Source of the DNA: Candidatus Bathyarchaeota archaeon
GTDB taxonomy: Archaea; Thermoproteota; Bathyarchaeia; Bathyarchaeales; Bathycorpusculaceae
Length of the DNA stretch: 64,000 nucleotides
NCBI GenBank assembly: GCA_963815095.1
Contig: CAWFFH010000003.1
Location: 1,056,001-1,120,000, forward strand
Reading direction: 5' to 3'
This document shows positions 36,681 to 47,721 of the stretch, one piece after another. The notes under the pieces were generated by a model. That model was not told the DNA's origin and made no database searches. It saw only the letters and a program-made list of their open reading frames with translations. The position numbers were made by a program, and so were the translations under genes. Position 1 is the first letter of the stretch; the number at the start of each line of letters is the position of its first letter.

Positions 36681-37945
36681 GGTTTTGTCACCAATTTTGT
36701 GGGGTCTGTTAATTTGCCTGTGATTGCGGAAGCCGCTACGGTTGCGGGTGAGGCTAAGTAGACGTTGGCTTGGGTGCTGCCCATTCTGCCGATGAAGTTG
36801 CGGTTGCTGCTGCTAACGCATGATTCGCCTGCTGCCAGTAAGCCGATGTGGCCGCCTAAGCATGGTCCACAAGCAGAACCACAAACGATTGCGCCTGCGT
36901 CGGTGAAGATTTCCATTAAGCCCTCGTTTAAAGCTTGGCGGTAGATTTCTTGGGAAGCAGGAATAACTAAAGCTCGTACGCCATCTTTGACGCGTTTTCC
37001 TTTGATTATTTCTGCGGCTAAGCGTAAGTCTTCGATTCTGCCGTTTGTACAGGAACCGATGAATGCTTGTTCGATTGGCACGTTCCCAACTTCCGAGACA
37101 GGTTTCACATTGTCCACTGAGGCTGGGCATGCCACTTGAGGTTCCATCTTGGAAACGTCAAACTCGACGGTGCGCTCGTAAACGGCGTCCTTGTCGCTTT
37201 GCAAGGTTTCAAAGGCAGGTAAGTTTTTGACTCTGCCCTCTAAGAATTTGCTTGTGGTTTCATCGGGTGCGATTATGCCGTTTTTGGCGCCCATCTCAAC
37301 TGCCATGTTGCACACAGTCATTCTTCCAGCAATGCTCATTTTTTTGATTGTTGGACCTGTGAATTCCGCTGCTTTGTATATGGCGCCATCTACACCTAAG
37401 TTGCCGATTACATTCAGGATTAGATCCTTTGGGGTAACGTACTTTTGGAAAGTGCCTTTAACATTAACTTTGATTGTTGGGGGTACTTTGAACCAGATTT
37501 TTCCTGTCGCCATAACTGCTGCTGCTTCGGTTGAACCGATTCCCGTGGCGAATGCGCCGAATGCTCCGTAAGTGCAGGTGTGGCTGTCTGCGCCAACGAT
37601 TACGTTGCCTGGTGTAACGTGTCCTTTTTCGGGCATAACTTGGTGGCATATTCCGCCTCTGCCTACGTCGTAGAAGGTGACGTTTTGGTCTTTGGCAAAT
37701 TGTCTCATAGTTTTGTGAAGTTCTGCTGCTTTTACTGATTCTGCTGGAACCTGATGGTCCAGAATCACAACTACTTTTTTGTTATTCCAAACTTTTTGAG
37801 AGCCTATTTTTTTGAAGGCTTCAACCGCTAAGGGTCCAGTTAAGTCATGAATCATGACCATGTCGACGTTTGCATCAACAATTTCGCCTGGATGCACAGC
37901 TTTTTTTCCTGAAGCCTTAGCTAAGATTTTTTCTGTAATGTTCAT
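36677..37945 (-). CDS. leuC: 3-isopropylmalate dehydratase large subunit
   Basis: DSHTCTYG, GSCTNGR, CGPCLG, NRNF.GR. Confidence 0.93.
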   Translation of the reverse strand: MNITEKILAKASGKKAVHPGEIVDANVDMVMIHDLTGPLAVEAFKKIGSQKVWNNKKVVVILDHQVPAESVKAAELHKTMRQFAKDQNVTFYDVGRGGICHQVMPEKGHVTPGNVIVGADSHTCTYGAFGAFATGIGSTEAAAVMATGKIWFKVPPTIKVNVKGTFQKYVTPKDLILNVIGNLGVDGAIYKAAEFTGPTIKKMSIAGRMTVCNMAVEMGAKNGIIAPDETTSKFLEGRVKNLPAFETLQSDKDAVYERTVEFDVSKMEPQVACPASVDNVKPVSEVGNVPIEQAFIGSCTNGRIEDLRLAAEIIKGKRVKDGVRALVIPASQEIYRQALNEGLMEIFTDAGAIVCGSACGPCLGGHIGLLAAGESCVSSSNRNFIGRMGSTQANVYLASPATVAASAITGKLTDPTKLVTKP

Positions 37946-38040
37946 AGTTTCTCTTACCTTTGAATTAACCTAAATATTACTAAGATAAATGGGAGTTTTA
38001 AAGAACAAGCAATTAAGTATTTCCGCTTTATCGATGCTGT

Positions 38041-38553
38041 TTATTCGTCGATTCTTATCGATTTTGCGCCTCGGGCTAGGGCTGTTATGCCTGTTCTGGC
38101 GAGTTCTATGATTCCGAATGTTTTCATGAGGTTGAGGAAGGCATCTATTTTGTCGGGGGTTCCTGTGATTTCGACGGTTAAACTGTCGGTTGAGACATCA
38201 ATGATTCTACCGCGGAAGACGTCTACACAGTTGATGATATCGCTTCTTTCTTTGGAACTGGGTACATTAACTTTTGTCAAAGCGAGTTCGCGCATGACAA
38301 AGTTACCTTGTGAGAGTTCGCTGACTTTGAGGACATCAATTTGCTTTGCGACTTGTTTGACCACTTGGTCGATTGTTTTTTCGTCTCCATTGATAGTGAT
38401 GGTCATGCGGGACGTATCTGGTTCTTGAGTGGGTCCGACAGTGATGCTTTCGATGTTAAAGTTTCTTCGACGAAACAGGTTCGCTATGGTGTGGAGTACT
38501 CCTGGTTTGTTTTCGACAAGGATGCTGATTACTTTGTTTTTTGCTGTTTCCAT
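38041..38553 (-). CDS. ilvN: Acetolactate synthase small subunit
   Basis: LVENKPGVL, RR.FNIESITVG, RELAL, ELARTG. Confidence 0.95.
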   Translation of the reverse strand: METAKNKVISILVENKPGVLHTIANLFRRRNFNIESITVGPTQEPDTSRMTITINGDEKTIDQVVKQVAKQIDVLKVSELSQGNFVMRELALTKVNVPSSKERSDIINCVDVFRGRIIDVSTDSLTVEITGTPDKIDAFLNLMKTFGIIELARTGITALARGAKSIRIDE

Positions 38554-40265
38554 TAGTAGTCACCTATCTGTTGTGGTAAACCGCAGCCTGGAGGCACAAA
38601 GGGAACCACATCGGTCTCTGAGCCAATAGGCACATCGATTACCGTTGTTACTTTACTAGATAGTGCTGTCTTAACTGCTTTGTGGAACTCCTCGATAGAC
38701 GTCACGCGTAAGCCTCGTGCTCCGTAAGCTTCTGCCAACTTAACGAAGTCTGGAGATTTGCCCAAATGAACGGCCATGTAGCGGCGTTTGTAGAGCATTC
38801 TTTGCCATTGAGCAACCATGCCAAGGATTGAGTTGTTTAGCACTATGACAGTGACAGGGATGTTCTCAGTAACTGAGCATGCTAGTTCCTGTTCGGACAT
38901 TATAAAGCTGCCATCGCCTGCAATGTCCACGACAGGGCGGTCTGGGCACGCGACTTTAGCGCCTATTGCTGCTGGAAAACCAAATCCCATAGTTCCAAGT
39001 CCGCCTGAACTGATGAACGTTCGCGGTTTTAATGCTTGGAAATATAAAGCTGACCACATTTGGTTTTGCCCCACTTCCGTGGTAACTATGGCGTTTTCTT
39101 GCAAAAGCTTCCTCAGCTCGATCAGCAATGCTTTAGGCATCAGGTCTTTTGGCAACTCTTTTAGCAGCGGACTTAGTTGTTCTTTAGCTTCTTTCACTCG
39201 TTTTGTCCATGTTTTACCTTCGCCCTTCTGTAACTTTTGCGAGACCGCAGCATAAAGCATCTTCATCGTAACTTTAGCGTCTGCAACGATGGGGACGTCA
39301 ATTTCGATGTTCTTGTTAATTTCTGCGTTGTCGATGTCTACGTGAATTTTTTTAGCGTTTGGGGCGAAGCTGTTTAGGTTTGCGGTGGCGCGGTCAGAAA
39401 ACCTTGTTCCAACAGCCAGCAATACATCCGCTTCACCCATTAACTTGTTCGCTGCAGGGTTTCCGTGCATGCCGATGCTTCCCAGTGATAACGGGTTATT
39501 TTCTGGGAATGCACCTTTTCCCATGAAGGTAGTCGCAACAGGTGCCATCAGTAAATCTGACATTTTAACCAGTTCATCTGATGCGCCTGCAGTTATGACT
39601 CCGCCACCTGCCAGAATGATTGGGAATTGAGCTTTGGCTAACAGGTCTGAGGCTTCGCTGATTTTTGCTGGATTCGGTTCGGTTGGTAATTTGTAGCCGC
39701 GTAAATCAATTTTATTTGTAAATTCTACGTCGGCAACTCCTGATTGAACGTTCTTTGGTAAATCAATTAGGACAGGTCCAGGTCTGCCTGTGGTTGCTAT
39801 GTAGAAGGCGTTGTTGACCATGAGCGGAATTTCAGTAACGGTACGGGGTTGATAACTGTATTTGGTGATGGCGGTGGTGATGCCGATGATGTCTGCTTCT
39901 TGAAAAGCATCTCTGCCAATCATGTAGCTGGTGTTGGTGCCTGAAGCAGGAATTTGTCCCGTTAAAGCAATTATCGGAGAGGAATCCATGTAGGCATTCG
40001 CGATACCTGTTACTAGGTTAGTTGCTCCTGGTCCGCTGGTTGCCATACATACGCCTGCTCTCCCGCTGGCTCTTGCATAGCCTTCAGCTTCATGTGCTGC
40101 ACATTGTTCATGTCGTGCGAGGATGTGGCGGATTTTCTTGTTGCCGCATAACGCATCGTATACTGGGAGGATTGCGCCGCCTAATATGCCGAATATAACT
40201 TCAACTTTTTGATGTTCAAGGGATTCTAAGAGTGCTTGTGCACCAGACATTTTTGCCATTTTCAA
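38553..40265 (-). CDS. ilvB: Acetolactate synthase large subunit
   Basis: RHEQ, TSGPGATN, SGGLGTMGFG, GDGSF ThDP motif. Confidence 0.95.
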   Translation of the reverse strand: MKMAKMSGAQALLESLEHQKVEVIFGILGGAILPVYDALCGNKKIRHILARHEQCAAHEAEGYARASGRAGVCMATSGPGATNLVTGIANAYMDSSPIIALTGQIPASGTNTSYMIGRDAFQEADIIGITTAITKYSYQPRTVTEIPLMVNNAFYIATTGRPGPVLIDLPKNVQSGVADVEFTNKIDLRGYKLPTEPNPAKISEASDLLAKAQFPIILAGGGVITAGASDELVKMSDLLMAPVATTFMGKGAFPENNPLSLGSIGMHGNPAANKLMGEADVLLAVGTRFSDRATANLNSFAPNAKKIHVDIDNAEINKNIEIDVPIVADAKVTMKMLYAAVSQKLQKGEGKTWTKRVKEAKEQLSPLLKELPKDLMPKALLIELRKLLQENAIVTTEVGQNQMWSALYFQALKPRTFISSGGLGTMGFGFPAAIGAKVACPDRPVVDIAGDGSFIMSEQELACSVTENIPVTVIVLNNSILGMVAQWQRMLYKRRYMAVHLGKSPDFVKLAEAYGARGLRVTSIEEFHKAVKTALSSKVTTVIDVPIGSETDVVPFVPPGCGLPQQIGDY

Positions 40266-40939
40266 TTCAGTCTCCTATGATTTAATTTAACAACTATACT
40301 GTCGTCTAGGATGATTGTTTGCGAGAATTTTTTGGTGGTGTATTTAGAGGATAACCTGGGTGAATTAGAAAAGTTGTACCCGACGATCCCAACTATTGAG
40401 GTGACGATCCCTCATGTTCTTGCCTCTTTTAACTCCACGTTCTTTAAAAAGAACTATTCGTGCAAATAAAAAGTTTACGGTTTACGAATAAACCTTACAG
40501 TCGGTAAAGAATAATTACTTGGCAAAGCAACAAGACTGTTAGTTCCAATTTACTTTTAGACCTCTTTCCTAAATATTTCTGCATAAAAAATCTGTCAAAT
40601 GGGTTTAAAGGGGAAAAGTAGTTAATTAAGCGGATTTAGCCATGGGCTAACATCGGTGAGAGCAAAAACAGCGGAATAAGCCTCCTCCTTTGTTAGCCGC
40701 CAGACTCGCCCAACTTGGCTCTTAGTAGTTTGCTTCTTAACCTTCTAACGAAAAGATTTGATATAAGGCAATGTGGTTACAATCGTGAAACAACAACCGC
40801 CAAGTTTCTTACTTCATTACCCAAAAATAATGTTTAACAAATAAAAAATTTAAAAAAGAAATTTTCGATTTTTAGTTAGCATGCTTTGTTGCTTGACTCT
40901 TTTGTTGCAGCCAACTTGTCAGTTTGACCTTTCAGGTTT

Positions 40940-42568
40940 TTATTCGGTTGGAGCTGGATTGTAGCGGGAGAGGATGCCTCTTTTTATTTTGGGTTCTCTT
41001 GGCTTCCAGGCAGCTAAACGGGCTTTGAGTTCTTTGTCGGAAAGTTCCACTTTTAGAACGCGGTTTGGAATATCAATGGTTATTATGTCACCGTTTTTTA
41101 GAACTCCAATTGGTCCGCCATCGAAGGCTTCTGGAGCAACATGCCCTATGCTGCCTCCACGAGTAGCACCTGAGAAACGTCCATCCGTGATTAATGCAAC
41201 ACTTTCGCTAAGGCCCATGCCTGCGATAGTGGCGGTTGGAAACAGCATTTCAGGCATTCCAGGTCCACCCCTCGGTCCCTCATAGCGAATGACGACAACG
41301 TCACCAGCTTTGATTTGGTTGGCGCGGATAGCTGTTAGAGCTTCTTTCTCTGAATCGTAGACTTTTGCCGGACCTGTGTGTTTTTGCATCTTTGGTGAGA
41401 CGCCTGCGGTTTTTATTACTGATCCTTTAGGTGCGAGGTTGCCGGTTAAGATGGCGATGCCACCTTCCTTATGAACGGGGTTAGTGAGGCTGTGGATTAC
41501 TTCTCTGTCAAGTACCGCTGCGTTCTTGATGTTTTCGCCGACTGTTTTTCCTGTCACAGTTAGAACTTTTAGGGTGAGCAATGTTTTGAGTTCGTTCATG
41601 ACTGCTGGAACTCCGCCTGCAGCATCTAAGTCTTCAATTGCATATGTTCCGCTTGGAATCATACTGCATAGGTGGGGAACTTTTCGGCCGATTTCATCGA
41701 ATCTTGAGAGCGGAAGGATTAAGCCTGCTTCTTTAGCGATGGCTGGCAAGTGCAGAGTAGTATTGGTTGAACCCCCAAGTGCCATATCGACTGCGATGGT
41801 GTTTTCGAAAGCTTCCTTGGTTAAGATTTGTGATGGTTTGAGGTCGTCTTTGATTAGTTTGAGGATTTGTTTGCCTGTGGCTCTGGCTAACCGCACTTTG
41901 AAAGCGCTGTTTGCAAGAGAAGTTGCGCAGTAGGGCAAAGACATACCCAACGCTTCAGTTAAGCACGCCATTGTGTTGGCGGTGAACATGCCGCTGCAGC
42001 TCCCGCATCCGGGGCAGGCGTTTTCTTCCAGCTCGCACAGTTCTCCTTGCGTCATCTTTCCAGCAGCGACCTGACCGAGTGCTTCTGGCATTGAGGAATA
42101 ACTGATTTTTTTGCCGCGGTGGTGTCCTGCCGCCATTGGTCCACCCGTAACCATGATGGCGGGGATGTTCACTCGGGCAGCTGCCATAAGCATGCCTGGA
42201 GTAATTTTGTCGCAGTTCGAAATCATAACCAATCCATCTAAACTATGAGCTTGAAGCATAATCTCTACGGAATCAGCGATTATTTCGCGTGAAGGCAAGG
42301 AGTACCTCATTCCTTCATGTCCCATGGCGATGCCATCGCAAACGGCAATCGTGCTGAATTCAAACGGTGTACCACCAGCAGCTAAGATGCCCTCTTTCAC
42401 GGCCTCCCCAATGGTTCGGAGATGAATGTGCCCGGGAACGATGTTTGTGTAACTATTAGCAATACCAATTAACGGCTTTGCTATGTCATTGTCTTCTAAA
42501 CCCAACGATTTTAGGAGCGCTCGATGAGGAGCTTTCTCAGTTCCTTTCTTAATCTGGTCACTACGCAT
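40940..42568 (-). CDS. ilvD: Dihydroxy-acid dehydratase
   Basis: [32 protein letters not shown]; start placed at MRSDQIK (ATG 42568). Confidence 0.93.
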   Translation of the reverse strand: MRSDQIKKGTEKAPHRALLKSLGLEDNDIAKPLIGIANSYTNIVPGHIHLRTIGEAVKEGILAAGGTPFEFSTIAVCDGIAMGHEGMRYSLPSREIIADSVEIMLQAHSLDGLVMISNCDKITPGMLMAAARVNIPAIMVTGGPMAAGHHRGKKISYSSMPEALGQVAAGKMTQGELCELEENACPGCGSCSGMFTANTMACLTEALGMSLPYCATSLANSAFKVRLARATGKQILKLIKDDLKPSQILTKEAFENTIAVDMALGGSTNTTLHLPAIAKEAGLILPLSRFDEIGRKVPHLCSMIPSGTYAIEDLDAAGGVPAVMNELKTLLTLKVLTVTGKTVGENIKNAAVLDREVIHSLTNPVHKEGGIAILTGNLAPKGSVIKTAGVSPKMQKHTGPAKVYDSEKEALTAIRANQIKAGDVVVIRYEGPRGGPGMPEMLFPTATIAGMGLSESVALITDGRFSGATRGGSIGHVAPEAFDGGPIGVLKNGDIITIDIPNRVLKVELSDKELKARLAAWKPREPKIKRGILSRYNPAPTE

Positions 42569-42654
42569 ACATTTTGCCTCTGTGCAATCTATTGTCACCA
42601 ATAATTTTATATTTAAGCTTGACCCCTTGAAAATGAATGTGATTTAAATGGGGT

Positions 42655-44172
42655 ATTGCTTTATTCAACCACTTCCCTAAGTCTATAAAGTTTTTAGACA
42701 CTACCCTTCGTGATGGTGAACAAACACCCGGAGTCTCTCTTGTACCTGAGAATAAACTGCGTATAGCCCAGAGGCTGGATGAGCTTGGCGTCGATTTTAT
42801 CGAGGCCGGGTTCGCGGCGGTTTCGCAAGGCGAAATGGAATCTGTTGCCTTAATTGCTAAGCAGGGTCTTCGGGCGCAGGTGTTCAGTGCGGCAAGAGGT
42901 ACTAAAAACGACGTTGACGCTGTACTGAAAAGTGGAGCTTCAGGTATTGCGATGATTATTCCAACTTCCGATTTGCATATAGAGGTTAAACTGCGTAAGA
43001 CTCGTGAGCAAATCCTAACGGCAACTCATGACCTTGTAGCGTATGCTAAAGCTCATGGTTTAGCCGTTGAGCTTTTAGCTGAAGACGCAACCCGCTCAGA
43101 CTTCGAATACTTGACTAAAGTGTTTCTGACAGCAGTTGATGCTGGTGTGGATAGGGTTGTTCCATGCGACACCGTGGGGATTTTGACCCCGGAACGTGCG
43201 GCAGAGTTCTTTTCTAATCTCAAAAAAACCATAAAAGTTCCAGTTGCAGTGCATTGTCACAATGATTTTGGCATGGCAGTCGCCAACACCGTGGCTGCTT
43301 TAGGATCAGGCGCAGAGGAATGCCACTCAACTATCAACGGACTCGGCGAACGCGCAGGCAACGCAGCCTTAGAAGAAATAGTGATAACACTGAGGTCTCT
43401 CTACAAGATGGACCTGAACATCAAAACCGAACTGCTCTATGGCACATCCCAACTGGTTTCACGCCTAACAGGCGTTCATTTGCAACCCAACAAAGCCATA
43501 GTGGGAGAAAACGCCTTTACACACGAATCGGGAATCCACACTCAAGGTGTCCTCGCTAACCCGTTGACCTATGAGCCAATTGCTCCTGAACTGGTCGGGT
43601 GCCAAAGACGCATCGCAGCCGGAAAACACTCAGGTTCCAACGCTATACGCGCCGACCTCAACAATATGGGCATAAAGCCCACCGAATCACAATTCAAACA
43701 GATATTCCATCGTATAAAAGAACTCGGTGACAAGGGCAAAACCGTCATGGATGCCGATGTCCTAGCTATAGCTGAATCAGTCATGGGTTTGGGCGGAGAC
43801 AAACCGATTCAGTTGGAAGAAATGACCTACGTTGGTGGCGACAAAGTGACTTCAACCGCTTCAGTGCGCCTGAAACTTAATGGGAAAGTCGTTTGGGGCG
43901 CTGCTGTAGGTGTTGGTCCCGTGGATGCCGCCATAAATGCCGTGAAAGATGCTATTGCAGAGACTGAACCCATAACGCTGGAGCAATATAACGTTAAAGC
44001 TATTACAGGTGGAACAGACGCAATGGTTGAAGTTCTCGTTCACATGCGCAAAGGCAACCGAACAGTCACAGCATTGGGAGTCCGCGAAGACATCGTTAAA
44101 GCAAGCATGGAAGCTGTCTTAAGCGGCATGAACGTCCTAACAACCGATTACAACAACAAAAACCACCAATAG
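42655..44172 (+). CDS. cimA: (R)-citramalate synthase; no canonical in-frame start codon before the conserved N-terminus
   Basis: Frame reads [24 protein letters not shown] upstream of the ORF-track ATG 42835; [14 protein letters not shown] and [11 protein letters not shown] resemble archaeal CimA; start position uncertain. Confidence 0.75.
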   Translation: MALFNHFPKSIKFLDTTLRDGEQTPGVSLVPENKLRIAQRLDELGVDFIEAGFAAVSQGEMESVALIAKQGLRAQVFSAARGTKNDVDAVLKSGASGIAMIIPTSDLHIEVKLRKTREQILTATHDLVAYAKAHGLAVELLAEDATRSDFEYLTKVFLTAVDAGVDRVVPCDTVGILTPERAAEFFSNLKKTIKVPVAVHCHNDFGMAVANTVAALGSGAEECHSTINGLGERAGNAALEEIVITLRSLYKMDLNIKTELLYGTSQLVSRLTGVHLQPNKAIVGENAFTHESGIHTQGVLANPLTYEPIAPELVGCQRRIAAGKHSGSNAIRADLNNMGIKPTESQFKQIFHRIKELGDKGKTVMDADVLAIAESVMGLGGDKPIQLEEMTYVGGDKVTSTASVRLKLNGKVVWGAAVGVGPVDAAINAVKDAIAETEPITLEQYNVKAITGGTDAMVEVLVHMRKGNRTVTALGVREDIVKASMEAVLSGMNVLTTDYNNKNHQ

Positions 44173-44393
44173 CAAGCCTCCCTTTATTTTTATTCCAATT
44201 CTTACTGCAAGAGGTTAGGGTTAACTTTTTAATCTTTAACTTAATTTGGTTGTAGTAGTAGGTTGACTACCGCAAACGCTTTTAGAGCTAAAAAACGATG
44301 ATTTTAATGCGACTTGCCTTGAGTTGTAAGTCTCTTTTTAACGAAAAACACAATAATTGGTGGTTTTGTATGTTTTTGGTTGAAGGAATACAG

Positions 44394-44720
44394 ATGAAAA
44401 CTGAGTGCATATCCAAAAGGCGTCTCACGACTGCATGGAAAACATTGAGCGACAAGCCTCTGCCAAAAGTAAAAGCCTTCAGATTAAGCGACGACGACTT
44501 CAACACTGTCCTTCACCAACGTCATTGTATCGAGGATGATTTTCGAGAAATTGAGGAGTGGGGCGGGCTCCTCTCAACTAAGGGCACCGATGCCTGCGTT
44601 TTTAACGGCGACGAAAATGACGATGCAGAATTCATTATTCTGGTCAGGGAAAACTCCTATCACACTTTAGACGAAATTATCGTTCACGAATTATCACACA
44701 TCGCCCGCGGGGACCTCTAA
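44394..44720 (+). CDS. Hypothetical protein with HExxH zincin-like motif
   Basis: IIVHELSHIA near the C-terminus; start likely ATG 44394. Confidence 0.55.
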   Translation: MKTECISKRRLTTAWKTLSDKPLPKVKAFRLSDDDFNTVLHQRHCIEDDFREIEEWGGLLSTKGTDACVFNGDENDDAEFIILVRENSYHTLDEIIVHELSHIARGDL

Positions 44721-44721
44721 A

Positions 44722-45672
44722 CTAAAACTTGTTGGCGACGGCTTCGGCAAACAGTTTTAGCCCATCTGTGCTTGGTAAGTCTGCGAAGTACAACATAAAA
44801 TAAGTAGTGTCCAAATCGATGTAAACCTGCAGGGGATTTCGGCATTCATTTGCTGTAACAGCTAAAGTTCCCTTCATATAATCTTGCAAGCTCATGTTCG
44901 GCGGCTTTAATCTATTGATTTTTTCGTCAAGCGCGTTTTGGTTTTCAGCAATAAGTATTTGTCCGCTTGGCCAAGCAGACCGCTCAATTTCACTGAAATC
45001 TCTGCCCACCGCCATGCAATGGTTCTCTAAAACCTCAAGTTTATGTTTATACACCTCAACCGAGGGCAGGTATCCCCAGTCAAACCGGTCGGCGTATTTT
45101 GCGGTAACTTTGAGGGTGTTTTTCTCTTCACTGCCACCGACAGTTATTGGTGGGTAAGGTTTTTGTATGGGTTTAGGATCACAAACAGCATCTTTCAGAG
45201 AATAGTGTTTGCCTTGGTAGGTTGCTTCTTCCTGAGTCCAAAGCAACTTTATTAGGTCTAAAGCCTCGCCCAAACGTTCTACTCTTTCGCTGAGCTTGGG
45301 GAAACCAAACCCATAAGCCACGTGCTCGGGTTCTTGCACTCCTGCTCCAATGCCGAATTCTAACCTGCCGTTTGATAGGACGTCAAGCGTGGAGGCGGAT
45401 TTGGCGAGCAGAGGAGGGTTTCTGTGCTGGTTGCAGGAAACCATGGTTCCCAAACGTATCTTGCTAGTTAAAGTGGAGAGGGCAGATAGGGTGGTCCAGG
45501 ATTCGAGGATGGGCCAGTTATTGTACATTAAGTGGTCGTCGAGCCAGACCGAATCGTAGCCATAGCGTTCGCAATCTAAAACAATGGTTTTTAGGGTTTC
45601 AAACTGTTCGGTCGGCGTTTTGGCTTGAAATGCATAAAAAGGTAGGAATACGCCGAATTTTAGTTTGCCCAC
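44722..45672 (-). CDS. LLM-class (luciferase-like, probably F420-dependent) oxidoreductase
   Basis: DSVWLDDHL, TLDVLSNGRLEFGIGAG, PKPIQKPYPPI.VGG. Confidence 0.9.
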   Translation of the reverse strand: MGKLKFGVFLPFYAFQAKTPTEQFETLKTIVLDCERYGYDSVWLDDHLMYNNWPILESWTTLSALSTLTSKIRLGTMVSCNQHRNPPLLAKSASTLDVLSNGRLEFGIGAGVQEPEHVAYGFGFPKLSERVERLGEALDLIKLLWTQEEATYQGKHYSLKDAVCDPKPIQKPYPPITVGGSEEKNTLKVTAKYADRFDWGYLPSVEVYKHKLEVLENHCMAVGRDFSEIERSAWPSGQILIAENQNALDEKINRLKPPNMSLQDYMKGTLAVTANECRNPLQVYIDLDTTYFMLYFADLPSTDGLKLFAEAVANKF

Positions 45673-45724
45673 ATCTTTTTCCCAGCCGTAAATTTGTTAT
45701 CATAATAGTTGTGGGTTGGCGGTA

Positions 45725-47188
45725 TTAGGTTTTAGGATTTACCGGCTGATTCCTAATTTCTTTTCCTCTAAAATACGAGAGTACCGCTGCAATTACCAGT
45801 ATAACTATTGAGGCGTAGAAGGCGTTGTGTATGCCTCCTAAGAACGCAGTGCTTACGCCCCCTGATAGGCTGGAGGTTCCTATGAAGACTTCAAACGCGA
45901 CCTGTCTAGGAACTGATGCTGCTGCAACCGAGATAGCTAAAACATAGCTTCCCACCAAGCCAATGTTTTGCACAGTTCTTAGCAATCCAGAGATACTGCC
46001 AAAGGAGCCTTGTCGGGCGTTTGCCATGACCGCGCTATTGTTGGCTGGGAAGAACATCGATGTGCCTAAGCCTGAGATCGCTGAGGCGACTAGGACAATC
46101 CAAAGCGGCGAGGTAGTACTCATGGTTAGGTAAACTAATATGGCTAAAGCTAAGAAGAAAACGCCAATGGTAGCTAAGTCTCTTGAGCCGTATTTGTCGC
46201 TGAGCCTGCCCATTATTGGACCCAGAAAACTGCCCGCCACGTACCCTGGCACAAGCAAAAGTGAAGCATCTAACGGAGATAGTCCTCTTATGCCTTGCAG
46301 GTACATGATAACTAGAAATACTACGGCGAAGTAGCCTATGCTAAGAAAGAAGGCTGAGAGGATTGCGTTTCGTAGAATTTTGTTTTTGAGAGCTTCATAG
46401 TCAATCAGGGAATTTTTGAGTTGTCGGTCGTACCAGAAGAACACAGGAATCAACGCAGTACCTATAATGGCTAAGATGATGCTTGATGTGCTGATTCCTT
46501 CCGCAGCAAAGTTTACCAATCCCAAAGACAACAAGACGAGTGCTACTGCAAGTAGTCCCATACCTGGTAGGTTAAGTTTCGAAGGCGTCTTGTGCGTGTC
46601 TTTTATGTACTTGAAGCCGGCAACCGTTGCTACTACGCCTATTGGAATGTTTATGAAGAAAATGTATTGCCAACCGACGAAAGTGGTTATTATTCCTCCA
46701 AAGACTATTCCCAACATTGCTCCTGCCGTAAATCCTAAAGCGTTGTAGCCGTATGCTCTGCCTCGGACCTGAGGTGGAAACACATCAGCTATTATAGCCC
46801 CGCTTGTTGCTTGCATAATGGCGCCGCCTGCTGCTTGAACTACTCTAAACGCTATGAGCAGGTAGATGTGGGTTGAGAATCCGCAAAGGACTGAGCCAAC
46901 TGTAAAGATAATGAAGCCTGTGTTGAATATTCTGCTTCGCCCGTAAATGTCACCGATTCTGCCCATCTGCGTAGTTGCAACCGCGATTACCAACAGGTAA
47001 GCCAAGATTATCCAAATTGAAGTGGCGAGGTCGGAGTGGAGGCTGTCATTTATGGTTGGAAAAGCTAAGAGGACTATGGTGCTGTCTAAGGAACCCATTA
47101 GGGTGCCAAGCACAATGATTGTCAGTATTATTCGGCTGTGCGGTGTAGAACTTTGGTTTGGTTTGTTTTGTGCTTGTGGTTGGCTCAT
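45725..47188 (-). CDS. MFS transporter, 14-TM DHA2 type
   Basis: LDSTIV..A.P, GRIGDIYGR, WQYIFFINIPIG motifs. Confidence 0.92.
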   Translation of the reverse strand: MSQPQAQNKPNQSSTPHSRIILTIIVLGTLMGSLDSTIVLLAFPTINDSLHSDLATSIWIILAYLLVIAVATTQMGRIGDIYGRSRIFNTGFIIFTVGSVLCGFSTHIYLLIAFRVVQAAGGAIMQATSGAIIADVFPPQVRGRAYGYNALGFTAGAMLGIVFGGIITTFVGWQYIFFINIPIGVVATVAGFKYIKDTHKTPSKLNLPGMGLLAVALVLLSLGLVNFAAEGISTSSIILAIIGTALIPVFFWYDRQLKNSLIDYEALKNKILRNAILSAFFLSIGYFAVVFLVIMYLQGIRGLSPLDASLLLVPGYVAGSFLGPIMGRLSDKYGSRDLATIGVFFLALAILVYLTMSTTSPLWIVLVASAISGLGTSMFFPANNSAVMANARQGSFGSISGLLRTVQNIGLVGSYVLAISVAAASVPRQVAFEVFIGTSSLSGGVSTAFLGGIHNAFYASIVILVIAAVLSYFRGKEIRNQPVNPKT

Positions 47189-47721
47189 TGGGTGCGCCTC
47201 TTTTCAAAACAGTTTGCTTTTCTCTAATTAAAGGCAATTTATTAAACCCACAGGGAACAAAATGGACGGCTTAAGCGGAAGCTGTTCTGCTTTTTGGCAA
47301 ATCTTGACTTAATGGCGGTTGCTATTATCAGCGGTAGAACAACAACACACTTTTTTGTAGGATTACTCAGTTGTTGTTCTTTTCTCAGATGTGCTATGAT
47401 TGAAAGAAGAAGAACGGCAATTCTGTAGGAAATGTGTCCTTCTTCTTCTATTTGAAAGAAAACAACATCTCAGACATACGTACATCTACAACGTTCAGAG
47501 CTGAAAATTTTCAATGAACTACCTTCAATCATCGTTTTTGAAATTTGCTCGCTATGAAATACTGGCTCGACAAAGTATGATGATTCAACTTTTAACTTCA
47601 TCATGATGCATTTCTACAGAAGATTAACATCGGAATCTTCAGAAATATGAATGATATGTCCAACTTTGATGGGATAAGTAATTATAATTCATAAACCTAT
47701 TTTGAAAACAAATCATTTCCC

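Noticed and set aside
37946-38040. Leader peptide upstream of leuC
   Set aside because: No short ORF with Leu enrichment in this 95-bp gap; it is probably just an internal promoter or spacer.
47240-47700. 460-bp gap between the MFS and ferredoxin genes with partial open frames
   Set aside because: Frames are broken on both strands, with no recognisable motif, repeat or convincing structure.
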